Assembly (NCBI RefSeq): GCF_006345805.1
Contig: NC_043009.1
Coordinates: 4,030,001-4,094,000, forward strand
DNA length: 64,000 bases
Reading direction: 5' to 3'
From: Octopus sinensis
Lineage: Eukaryota
The notes beneath the pieces were generated by a model. It saw only the letters and a program-made list of their open reading frames with translations. It searched no databases and had not been told where the DNA came from. Positions 1-11,200 of this stretch are shown here, one piece after another. The position numbers were made by a program, and so were the translations under genes. Every line of letters begins with the position of its first letter. Within the stretch, counting starts at the first letter, position 1.

Positions 1-213
1 ATTCCCAAACATTAAAAGGGGTAGATACAAAAGAGGCTGTAAGATTAACTGCATTGAAGAAAGTTCGATTCATGGAGATCCGATGAATGGTTTTAAACTT
101 ACAGAATTTGTGCATGTCTACACTGTATTCACTGCATTTTTTGTAGCTTATTAAAGATGTCCTCGTACGAAACGATTGTACCGAAATTTTAATCCATTTT
201 TTGCTTTTTTCCT

Positions 214-304
<91 letters not shown>

Positions 305-316
305 TATCTACATATA

Positions 317-443
317 TACGATGGGCTTCTTTCAGTTTACGTCTACCAAATCCACTGACAAGGTTTTGGTAGGCCCGAGGCTATAGTAGAAGACACTTGG
401 CCAAGGTGCCATATAGTCGAACTGAACCCGGAACCATGTGGTT
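317..443 (-). mobile_element. tRNA-derived SINE family A, 5' part
   Basis: Reverse complement of AACCACATGGTTCCGGGTTCAGT...CCTTGG.CAAGTGTCTTCTACTATAGCCTCGGGCC...GTGGATTTGGTAGACG.AAACTGAAAGAAGCCC, seen in about 10 copies in the window, running into (TA)n. Confidence 0.85.
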
Positions 444-683
444 TTGTGTGTGTGCGTGCTTCTGCGCGCTAGTTTTCGTTCGATGAAACATGGAAACTGA
501 CAAGGTTTGAAATCACTGTTATATCGTTTTTTTTGTTTTAACATTAAATTTTAACCACCACCTTGTACTGATCCGTCGTTTACGAAAGTGATCATCCTTA
601 TCCTTTTCTTTTATTTAAAATCCGTAATACTATACATGTTCAATATACTCATTAAATATATATATATATATATATAGATATAG

Positions 684-723
<40 letters not shown>

Positions 724-726
<3 letters not shown>

Positions 727-917
727 TTTTGGGGATTTGGTTTGAAAGATTCTTTATATGAGTTGTATTGAAGCTTATTCTGTTGTGTGTGGGGTAGAGT
801 CATTTTCTTTTTATGCCTTATAATTAACACACTCACCGGTAAAATTTCCACTTATTTCTTATTTTTTTTAATATCCTAAACTTTTCGTTGCATCCTGCAA
901 CCTTCTCATAGTATTGA

Positions 918-920
<3 letters not shown>
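724..920 (-). mobile_element. Short repeat-like island between microsatellites with a degenerate hammerhead-like motif (possible PLE LTR remnant)
   Basis: Minus strand 912-876: CTA-TGAGAA-G-GTTGCA-GGA-TGCAAC-GAAA-AGTT-TAG; bounded by (TG)n and (TC)n. Confidence 0.45.
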
Positions 921-960
<40 letters not shown>

Positions 961-1038
961 CATATATGTGTGTATGTATGTATGTATGTATGTATGTATG
1001 TATGTATGTATGTATGTATGTATGTATGTATGTATATA

Positions 1039-1195
1039 TACGACGGGCTTCTTTTAGTTTCTGTCTACCAAATCCACTCACAAGGCTTTGATGTACCTGA
1101 GGCTATAGCAGAAGACACTTGCCCCAGGTTCCACGTAGTGGGACTTAATCCGGGACGATGTCGTTGAGAAGCAAGCTTATTACGACACAACCACG
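1039..1195 (-). mobile_element. SINE family A, 5' part
   Basis: Same head/body as other family A copies, adjoining (TATG)n. Confidence 0.85.
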
Positions 1196-1239
1196 ACACC
1201 TGCGGTCCGAACACATCCACACCCGCGCCTTGGTGACGT

Positions 1240-1930
1240 ATCTTCCGGCTCTTAACGTCCTGAGTTCAAATTCCGCCGTTGTTGACTTTGACACTCACTT
1301 TTAGCGGGTGTCGATGAAAGGAGTGGACACCAGTTATTGGGGTCGAGGTAACCGATAGCCCCTCCTCCCCTCCAAAACTTTCAGGCATAGTGTCTATAGT
1401 AGAAAAGTTAATAAGTCTAGATTAAGGCAACGGGCTGGCAGAATCGGTAACCCATCGGACAAAAATAGTTAGCAGTATACATTCTGGATCTTAACGTTCT
1501 GAGTTCAAATCTTACCGCATTTAGCTTTAACTTTCGGATCGATAAAACAATTACCAGTCGATCACTGAGTTCGATATAAAAGACAAACCCTTTCATTAAA
1601 TTTTCTGGCATTTTGCCAAAATTTGAAGACATTACGAAGCTTGTGTGACCAAGAGAAACACCCGTGTGGCAGACTCTATAGTATTCAGTGCCGCTCTTTC
1701 GAATTCTGATGTTCAAATTCAACTAGCTTTTAATTTGTCTGTCAGTAATATGATGGAGGTTGAGGTTAGTAGATTGGTAGACAGGTTAGGGCGTCGGACA
1801 TAATATTCTTCGGTATACATTTATTATTCTTGGTACGCTTGGTTCAATGAGACTTTGTTTTTATATTTCTGGATTCGATAAAATCAAGTAACAGTGGAAT
1901 ACTGGGAGATGATATAATCGGTTATTGACC
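1240..1930 (+). mobile_element. Cluster of three diverged SINE family B copies
   Basis: CTGAGTTCAAATTCCGCCG B-box-like segment, GGCTGGCAGAATCG head, GTCGATGAAA/GGGGTCGA core. Confidence 0.7.
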
Positions 1931-1949
1931 TGCCATCAAGAAATCAATA

Positions 1950-2196
1950 ACACTGGTAATCTATTGATATATATATATATATATACATATATATCGTTAC
2001 CGAAATCTCAATAAATTTAGTCAATTAATCTGCATTGGTGCGTGGATTAATAGCTGTAATATTAGTGTTCAATGAAATTAAACTGGTAACCCGTTAATAG
2101 GTACCTATGGTCACCGAAGTCTAAATGTATTGAGCCAATTTATCTGCATTAGTTTAAGAGCTAATAAATCTAATGTTAGTGTTTATTGAAATTAAA
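1950..2196. repeat. Diverged tandem duplication, period about 114 bp
   Basis: ACCGAAATCTCAAT...TCTGCATT...TTAGTGTTCAATGAAATTAAA versus ACCGAAGTCTAAAT...TCTGCATT...TTAGTGTTTATTGAAATTAAA. Confidence 0.65.
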
Positions 2197-2534
2197 TATA
2201 ACAATTTCATTCTAGCCCTGCTAGCTTCCGCGCAAATCACTCAATGTTTTGTCTGCCGATTCTTACATGGGAACAAGAATTCACGGCTTAGTTTAAAACG
2301 TCACTGTGAAGACCAAATCAAATCGAAACTGTGTCTGGCCATCCGTCAGTGATTTGAGCAAAACCGTGTGTTTTTTTAAACGTCAATCTTTTAAAGAAAT
2401 TTCTTCGTAAGAATAATATCCGAGATTGTGCCGTTCTACGTTTGTATATACATTATAAATGTTATATACACTGATATTACCCTCCTAAACAAATGTATTT
2501 TAATCAAATCACAATGAGGCATGATTCTCCTGCA

Positions 2535-2714
2535 AGAAGCTTACTTCCCAATCACATGGTTTCAAATTCAATCTCTCTGCGTTGCACCTTGGGCAAGTGT
2601 CTTCTACTATAGCCTCGAGACGACCAAAGCCTTATGAGTGGATTTTGATAGACGGAAATTGAAAGAAGCTATTCGTATGTATGTATGTATATATATATCT
2701 ATATATATATATAG

Positions 2715-2772
<58 letters not shown>

Positions 2773-3080
2773 GTAAAGAAGTATGTACATATACGTATGT
2801 ATATATGCATATATATATATATGCGTGTGTGTGTGTATGTATATATATGTACATGTATGTATAAATACTTACCTGTGTGTGTCTGTGTTTGTTGCCTCCA
2901 TCGTCGGTTGATAACCGTTGTTGGTGTGTTTACCTCTCGGTAACTTAGACCGTTATAATAAGTACTCGGTTTGCAAAGAAAAAGTCGTGGCGTCGATTTC
3001 TTCGACTAAATCTCTTTAAGGTGGTGCTCCAGCATGGCCGTAGTCAAATGATTGAAACATGTAAAAGAATAAAAGGATAA
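2535..3080 (+). mobile_element. SINE family A, near full length with expanded internal (TA/TG)n
   Basis: Head AAGAAGCTTACTTCCCAATCACATGG..., CCTTGGGCAAGTGTCTTCTAC, internal microsatellite, tail GTGCTCCAGCATGGCC..AGTCAAATGA.TGAAACA.GTAAAAGA. Confidence 0.85.
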
Positions 3081-4556
3081 ACGAATAACCTATATTTTGC
3101 TCACGTACACTTTTATGTGTGTGTATTTATTATCTCCCTTATCTAATTATTTGAGTTTTTTTATATATATATGAAGGAAATACTGGTTCCTAACAAAGAA
3201 GCATAGATCCATTGTTGGAATCTGGATTAAAAGAAAATGGTAATGTGTGTTGCGTTTGGAAATTTAGGATAGCCTTACAAATATTCAATTGTTTCATTAA
3301 CCAAGTGTACTCTTAATTTTTTTTTTCTTTTTTCTTTAAAAAATTTCTCTCTTTGTGATTACTGCATAGAAATGTAATAATATAAGCGTGTGCACCAATA
3401 GTTATCGATATATACGTGAATTCATGATGTATATATATATGTATGAATATATGTATGCATTTAAATATGCATGCATGTATGTATTCGTTATGTATATAGG
3501 TACGTATATATACATGCCTGTGTATGCATGTACGTATGTATGTATGTATGTATGTATGTATGTATGTATGTATGTATGTATGTATGTATGTATGCATGTA
3601 TGTACGTACGTACGTATGTATGTATGTATGTGTGCATGTATGTATGTATTTGTGAGGGTATGCATGCATGTATTTGAGTGTATACGGTACCCATAAATGT
3701 GAATGTTTTTGAGAGACCTAGACATGGCGTGACCGTTAAAGTTTATTTTTAATTCATACACCAACCTCTTGTCTAACACAATTTCCTCACACTTTCTCTA
3801 AACTTTTACCACTTCGTTTTGTCAATAAACAAATGCTATTTTTCCCATGACCGAGTAGAAACTAAGCTTTCTGAAGAGCGCAGCTGTAGTACGTAAAGTT
3901 AAATATCCTAGAATATTTGAAACTTTCAGTATATTTAACCTTGGAAATATGAATAAAAAAACCTTTTTTTTCTGGCATTATAGATTAGGGATTAGGGTTT
4001 TTCGTTAACACCAGAACAGCTGAAAGTTGAAGTAAATCCTTTGAACATTTGGTATTTCCCTTTAAAAGTTTTGGATTTAAATCTTATCGTGATTTTAACC
4101 CCAATTGTTTAACAGGAATAATCACAGAATACAATTTTTTTTAACTCAAGGAAAAAAAGTGTAAGACATGACGTACACACATACAAACACAAACACACAG
4201 GCACACATACAAAATCATACACACGCACAAGCACACACGCGCGCGCGCACACACACACGCATGCACGCTCGCATACACGCATACATGTACATTAATAAAA
4301 GTGAGGTAGAATTGTACTCCTAAAACAAACAGATCAAAACGGACCAAATTTCTACGGAAAATAAAAACGCGATATTGAATAATAACCTTTTACGTCCTGT
4401 GTCCAAAACTGGACATAGTCAACGTTGCCTTCTTCTTTTAGGGGCCGATGGAAGAAAGTAGCAATCAAATAATGAGATCAATTTGATCAACTAAACCCTC
4501 CCACTAGTACTGCTGTGCCTATACTAGAAATTATCAATTACTTTACTTACTTTTTT

Positions 4557-4790
4557 TTACTTTTTACTTGTTTCAGTCATGTGACTGTGGCCATGCTGGA
4601 GCACCGCCTTTAAGACACACAAACATATACACACACATACATATATACGACGGGCTTCTTTCAATTTCCGTCTACCAAATCCACTCACAAGGCTTTATAG
4701 AAGACACTTGCCCAAGGTGCAACGCAGTGGGACTGAACCCGGAACCATGTGGTTGGTAAACAAGCTACTTAACTCACAGCCACTCCTATG
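4557..4790 (-). mobile_element. SINE family A, internally deleted
   Basis: Tail TTACTTGTTTCAGTCAT..GACTGTGGCCATGCTGGAGCACCGCC and head ...GGAACCATGTGGTTGG...CACAGCCACTCCT. Confidence 0.85.
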
Positions 4791-4937
4791 CCTATGCATT
4801 ACAATGAGCAAGATATTTTATATTCGCAGCATCTACAGAGCACCGAACTTAAAAATCCTTGTTTAGTAAGTGACTTCTGACAAATAACAACCCAAAGCTC
4901 ACTCGTATAAGAATACTCTACCGTACTTAATAAGAAC

Positions 4938-5108
4938 ACATTATTTACATTATTTACATTATTTACATATGACGGATATTTGTCCTCATCTTGTTTGTTG
5001 TTAGCACAACATTTCGGCTGATATACCTTCCAGTCACGGGCATATGGCGTAGTGGTTAAGAGCGCGGACTACTAACCCCAAGATTCCGAGTTCGATTCCA
5101 GGCAAAGA

Positions 5109-5156
<48 letters not shown>

Positions 5157-5335
5157 CATCATCGAAAAATACCTTAGGAATGAGAACCCAGGTTCGAAAT
5201 TTCTCCCCAAGACACCTGACGAAGTCTGGAGGGTATATCAGCCGAAACGTTGTGTTAATAACAAACAAGATGATGACAAATATCCATCGAATGTAAATAA
5301 TGTACATAATTCCTCATCTCTTAGATATAGAACTG
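4938..5335 (+). mobile_element. Non-autonomous Penelope-LTR-derived element: inverted partial LTR + tRNA-like head + (AAT)n + hammerhead + tail
   Basis: 4938-5033 is the reverse complement of about 5226-5303. A box TGGCGTAGTGG 5045-5055, B box GAGTTCGATTCC 5088-5099. Body matches the LTR of the PLE fragment at 8001-8285 and the tail at 9025-9073. Confidence 0.85.
5211..5256 (+). ncRNA. Minimal type I hammerhead ribozyme (Penelope type)
   Basis: GACAC-CTGACGA-A-GTCTG-gagggtatat-CAGCC-GAAA-CG-TT-GTGTT: stem I GACAC/GTGTT, stem II with one mismatch, palindromic AACGTT replacing stem III; predicted cut after 5251. Confidence 0.8.
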
Positions 5336-5751
5336 TATAGTAGTTAATATAAACTTAGGCAGGAGGAGAACATCACGGCTTGACATCGAACATCTTTGAT
5401 AAACAAAATCTGGAGGTTAGACAACAGCAACGAGTCGAACGGGTCTTCATATTCCGAGTTTCTATCCCTCTGTATTCATTTATACCGTTCATCGCGTCGT
5501 GTTTCGATGAAATGATTTAATCCGGTGGCAAAATAATTGAGAGGTTTGAGCATCGCGGAATATAACATGTACCACATGTTGCGATGCCCTGCGATCTGAC
5601 TTTCAATACAGCCGAAGAAAGCGTTGCCTTTCATCCATCCAGTATCGATAAATTAATTACTACTCGTGTGGATATCAGTTCTTTGCTCTCACCCGACCTC
5701 TCTCTCTCTCTCTCTCACTCTTTCCGTTTATTTATCTATCTATCTATATAT

Positions 5752-5823
<72 letters not shown>

Positions 5824-6843
5824 CAGGTGTGGTGTTTTCTTTTGTGGGGGGTCGTAAGGAAACACACGTTTTTCCCAGGTACAGGTAAGAGCTAAACGAA
5901 AGCCTTTGAATGTTTTCTCACAGAAACAACTTCTATAATTACTTCATCGAAGAAAAGAGACACGGATTCGTGTTATGTTTCAAATGAGCTGACAAAATCA
6001 TTAGAACTCTGTTCGAAATGGTTAGCAGTCTTTCGTCCGTATTTACTCTCTGAGTTCCAATTCCGCCGAGGTCGACTTCCTTTTTCATCCTTTCGGGGTC
6101 GATGTAATCGACTTAACTACTCTTACGTATGAGCATAAAAACTCTGCATCCCTCTGCCAAGCCATGTCGAGCCAATGTGTCGAAGTAGGGTCATCAATCT
6201 ACTATTCTCAAGCCATTCCGTGTTGGAGAGAACATGCTGAGGTCTTTGTCTTAGCATAGACTGAACACGAGCATCCAATCCATCTACCGTAAATAAATAT
6301 ATTTGGTAAGCGAGATTTATGTCGAAGAGAACGAAGGTGAAAGACAGGCTAAAATGTTGCGCATGCGCGTACCGACATGAACCCTTACCGGCTTCTTCTT
6401 ATTCATAATTTTTAACTTTGTTGACTATAAATGAATTATTAACTTAGCGCGGAGAACGTTTTCTGTTTTCGTTCCTGTATTTTCTTAAAATTTTATTTTA
6501 TTTTATTTTATTTTATTTCATCAAATTATATTCACAGAATAAAATGCAATACGAAAGGGAAAGAAAAATTATCCTCTGTTGGAAATTGAAACCTGAACCT
6601 TATATTCAATGCTCTGCAATTGTGTCTCTGATACTATGTTGCTTGTCTCTTTATTCCTCTCAGAATAATGAGACAAACATATTGTTCATTGATTCGGAAA
6701 TCTTTTGTAAGGAATTTCCTCTTCTCTTCGATACAACGAATGATAACAGACAATTAAAATTCCATTTCATTATGATACTATTATACTGGGATTGTGTTCA
6801 CGCTCTCTCCCCATCACTCTTCCCCATTTCTCCAACTCTCTCT

Positions 6844-6920
<77 letters not shown>

Positions 6921-7269
6921 CCTATCTATCTATCTATCTACCTATCTATATATATATATCTTATTTTCCTTCTTTTTATCTCACTCAGCCTCACTAACGG
7001 AAGTAAGTATGTCGTTTTGACATGTTTCTTATTTTTATTTTATTTTATATATATTTTTATTTATTTTATTTATCTCAATTTTGTTAATTTTCACACTTTC
7101 TGGGAAACACTTAAAGCTCCGCTACCTACACTGTTACCAGCGCCATTATTAACCAACACTAGCACCATCACAAAAGAAACTGCCACCAACGCCTTTACTT
7201 TCACTTTCATTTTCAGCTCAACTATCGTCGATACAATCACCAATGGTGCCAATTGTACCACGGAAACTA

Positions 7270-7467
7270 TCTCAATTGCCTCCAGCACCACCACTGAAAC
7301 CAACACCACTGTCATTACCATCTTACCATCATCAACACCATTGGTCGATCAACCGTCATGCAGCCTCACTTATATTGCTATCTCGGCCACTACTTTCGTC
7401 ATCGTCATCAACATCACCATCATCACAAACATCATGATTATTGCCATCGTCGACATCATCGTCGTCG

Positions 7468-7501
<34 letters not shown>

Positions 7502-7745
7502 TATGATGATGATCATCATCATACTTACCATCATCATCAAAATCATCATCAACATCATCACCGGGGCTGCCACTCCCAATCATCATCACCACCATCACCC
7601 TCAATTCCAACCATCGCGATCATAAACACTATCATCATATTTTATCATCATCACTATTATCATCATCAACATCATCACTTCTACCGTCCACAGCACCACC
7701 GTTATCATCCATCACCATCACCAACATAGCTGCTACCATCATCAG
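7270..7745. repeat. (CAT/CAC)n trinucleotide low-complexity tract
   Basis: Degenerate ATC/ACC repeats; source of poly-His/Ile/Asp ORFs. Confidence 0.9.
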
Positions 7746-8000
7746 CATTCAAATTCCACCGAAGTCGACTTTGCCTTTCATCTTTTCGAGGTCGATAAAT
7801 CAAGCGCCATTTGAGTACTGGGGTCGATGCAAGCGACTATTCCACTTCCTTGAAATTGCTGACCTTGTGCCAAAATTTGAAACCAATATTAAACATATAA
7901 ACCCGCGCGCTGGTAGAATCGTTAGCACGCCGAGCGAAATGCTTAACGGCATTTCCTCCGATTTTACTTCCTGAGTTCTAATTCCAACGAAATCGACTTT
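7746..8000 (+). mobile_element. SINE family B copies; the second is interrupted by the PLE and continues at 9073-9425
   Basis: CTGAGTTCTAATTCCAACGAAATCGACTTT then PLE, resuming GAAGTCGACTTTGCTTTGCATCCTTTCGGG. Confidence 0.8.
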
Positions 8001-9072
8001 CATTATTTACATTATTTACATTATTTACATTCGACGGATATTTGTCCTCAACTTGTTTGTTGTTAACACAACGTTTTGGCTGATATACCCTCCAGCCTTC
8101 TTCAGGTATCTTGGGGAAATTTTGAACCTGGGTTCTCATTCCTAAGGTATTTTTCGATGTTGTTATTATTATTATTATTATTATCATCATCATCATCATC
8201 GTCGTCGTTGTTGTTGTTGTTCAGGTCACTCGGAATCTTGGGGTTAGCAGCCCGCGCTCTTAACCACTACGCCATATGCCCGTGGGCAAAAATGGAGTGA
8301 ATTTTAGGGCTTATAAATCTAATATTTTTCTATCCTTCCTTAATACCGGTCCCCATATGCTATTCATATTTGCACTCAGACTGGTTAGGAGGTTGTTGTG
8401 TCCTAGCATATGCTCTGCTTCTTTTTGTTTTCGTATTTTCCAGTGGTGTTCTCTGTCTATTATTTTAACTTCATCCCACAGTGGGAGGTGGTCTCCATTT
8501 TTCTGTACATGATCAAGCTATACCCGATTTATCAATCGTTTCGCTTTTGTATAAGCTGCATGAGTACACGCGGTCTTTGGTCATATTCTTTTCTACTGGT
8601 GGTTTTTACTCGAAGGAGATATTTGCGAAGTGTTGTATGACTCTTGAATACTATCCTGATGTCATATGAGCCACATATCTTTTGTGTCTTTTCGAAGAGG
8701 CCTTTCACATACGGTAGACAGACTGTGGACTGTTTGTTGGCCTTATCCTCTCTCTTCTTCATAATTGGAGTGGATAGTATACTTTTGGGTTAGTTGTTGC
8801 TTAACAGATCGTTATTGAGCTTCATCATTTCTTCGTGATGTGTATCACGATTGCTACTTATATTCTTTGCACCATGTTTTAGGCACTGAGCAATCCCTCT
8901 CTTTACACTGTATGGATGGTGGGAATTGAAGTTGCGGTATCGTCCAGTAAATGTCGGCTTGTGGTATACGGATGTCCTGAAACCATACTTGGTGCGTGTT
9001 ATTAATACGTCCAGGAATGCCAGCTGTAAATAATGTAAATAATGTACATAATTCCTCATCTCTTATAGAACT
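8001..9072 (-). mobile_element. 5'-truncated Penelope-like retroelement (RT C-terminus, partial GIY-YIG endonuclease, pseudo-LTR)
   Basis: Minus-strand peptides LAFLDVLI..TSVYHKPTFTGRY.NFNSHHP, LPYVKGL.EK..KIC..YDI..VFK, DKSGIA/DHVQKNGDH..LWDEVKIIDREHHWKIRKQKEA ending TAA at about 8311. LTR 8001-8285; inverted LTR tail 9025-9073; flanking duplication GAA(A/G)TCGACTTT. Confidence 0.88.
8065..8110 (-). ncRNA. Minimal hammerhead ribozyme, probably inactive (GAAA>AAAA)
   Basis: Minus strand GATAC-CTGAAGA-A-GGCTG-gagggtatat-CAGCC-AAAA-CG-TT-GTGTT, perfect stem II. Confidence 0.75.
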
Positions 9073-9582
9073 GAAGTCGACTTTGCTTTGCATCCTTTCG
9101 GGGACGATAAAAATCAGTACCAGCTTTGCACTGTAGTCGATGTAACCGACTTACACCCTTAAAACTCCGCTACCACGAACTTTCTGTCCTTAAAACTCTG
9201 CTACCTACACTGTTATCAACACCATTATTAACCAACACTAGCACCATCACAAAAGAAACTGCCGCCAAAGCCTTTACTTGTACTTTCATTCTCAGCTCAA
9301 CTACCGTCGTTACAATCACCACTGTGTCAACTGTACCACGGAGCTTTCGTAATAGTCATCATCACAAACTTTCGTAATAGTCTGCACCACGAACTTTCTG
9401 TTCTTGTGCCAAAATTTGAAACGAATATATACGATTATGTCTCTACGCGAATTGACAGAGAAACGAATAAAGAATCGTTGGAGTAGTTCGTTGTTATAGA
9501 AATAATTCCGAACTACAACTTTCTAATTTTAAACAGAAAATCGCCGTTGACCTTTACTTCGCGATTAAAGAAATAATCAATA

Positions 9583-9982
9583 CAAATTTTGGCACAAGGC
9601 CAGCAGTTTCGAGAGAAAGGTTAAATCATATAGATCGACCCCAGTGATAAGCTAGTACTTATTTTATCGATCCTGAAAGGATGAAAAGCCAAGCCGACCT
9701 CAATAGAATTGGAACTCAGGACGTAAAACGGACAAAATGCCGTTAAGCATTTTATCCGATGTGCTAACGATCCTGCCACTTAGCTGCTTTAAAATCTTAA
9801 TACAATACTAGTTTTAAATACATCGTTCTTAGCGAGCAATTGGTATTTATTTTATCGACCCCGAAAGAATGAAAGGCAGAGTTGAACCCCGGCAGAATTT
9901 GAACTCAGAACGTAGAAACAGACAAAATGCCGTTAATCATTTTGTCCGGCGTGCTAAGAACTCTACTACCTTGCCGCCTTAA
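9583..9982 (-). mobile_element. Two SINE family B copies
   Basis: TTTATCGA.CC.GAAAG.ATGAAA.GC...GAC...GAATT.GAACTCAG.ACGTA...GCTAA.GA. Confidence 0.85.
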
Positions 9983-10145
9983 AGTCTGATAGTCTATTAG
10001 GAAAGATTATATTCCCTCCCGTGAGAATAAGCGTTTCTTTTCTAACGAGGCGTAAAAGTTTATATTACCTAAATGAGAGGAAGTAGATACGGATCTATGT
10101 CAACTGATGATACAAGAAATATAGATAATGATATACATGACAAAT

Positions 10146-10146
<1 letters not shown>

Positions 10147-10223
<77 letters not shown>
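10147..10223. repeat. (GATA)n microsatellite
   Basis: Perfect AGAT run. Confidence 0.95.
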
Positions 10224-10503
10224 GGGAGAGAGGGGTAGAGAGAGGAAAAGAGAGGGAGAGAGGGAGAGATTAAGAAAGAAAGAAATTATATTAAAGGTTA
10301 TATTTTGAGTTCAACCCATGGTTTGGCTGTTTTTAATCACAAACAGGCCAACTGCGTACGAAACTCAGAGTAAACAAGTGAACTTTTGATAAACTAAATA
10401 TATCTGTCTGTTTTACCCAACGCTTTGAGTTCTTTGTGAGACAGTGTTTGCACTACGCATGATATATCTCTAGATAAACATCACAAGTCATACATACAGG
10501 ATA

Positions 10504-10537
<34 letters not shown>

Positions 10538-10539
<2 letters not shown>

Positions 10540-10869
10540 CTGCGTGGCACCCTGGGTGAGTGTCTTCTACTTTGGACTCGACCAAAGCTTTGTGAGGGGA
10601 TGTGGTCGATCGAAACTGAAAGAAGCCCGTAGTATGAGTAACTGTGTGCGCGCACGCGAGCGTGGGTCTTCGTATCTGCCTGTCCCCCTCCCCCAACTCC
10701 GCTTGACAATGTCTCCGTAACCAAGCAGTTCAGTCTAAGAGACCGAGAGAAGTACCAGGCTTAGAGCAATAAGTACTGTGTCTTCTACTGTAGCCTCGGG
10801 CTGACCAAAAACTCGTGAGTGGATTTGGTAGACGGAAACTGAGAGAAGCCCGTTGTATATATGTATATG

Positions 10870-10900
<31 letters not shown>

Positions 10901-11200
10901 TTGTGTGTCTGTGTTTGTCACCCCAACATCGCTTGACAACCGATGTTGGTGTGTATACGTCCTCGTAACTTAACGGTTCGGCAATCATCATCATCATTGT
11001 TCGACTGTGGTCGAGACAATGGAATTTACCATGCTACGCCAGACTTCACGGTCCATCATGGCATTACGGTTCGGCAAAAGAGACCGATAGAATAAGTACT
11101 AGGCTTACAAAGAATAAGTCTTGGGGTCGATTTGCTCGACTAAAAGAGAGTGCTCCAGCATGGCCACAGTCAAATGACTGAAACAAGTAAAAGAGTAAAA
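10538..11200 (+). mobile_element. Two adjacent SINE family A copies; the second carries an RTE insertion
   Basis: Family A body at 10538-10770 and 10777-11200. Confidence 0.85.
10985..11065 (-). mobile_element. Extremely 5'-truncated RTE-type LINE 3' end with 12-bp TSD
   Basis: Minus strand encodes NAMMDREVWRSMVNSIVSTTVEQ* followed by (TGA)n; TSD ACGGTTCGGCAA at 10973-10984 and 11066-11077. Confidence 0.8.

Noticed and set aside
3984-3999. TTAGGG telomere-like repeats
   Set aside because: Only two units, inside an unidentified repeat-like segment.
5038-5110. Functional tRNA gene
   Set aside because: Acceptor and T stems do not pair properly, and the sequence is embedded in a repeat shared with 8228-8285; it is a tRNA-derived head.
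6544-7729. ORFs up to 277 aa (Thr/Ile/His-rich)
   Set aside because: Translations of (TATC)n and (CAT/CAC)n tracts; no domain or splice evidence.
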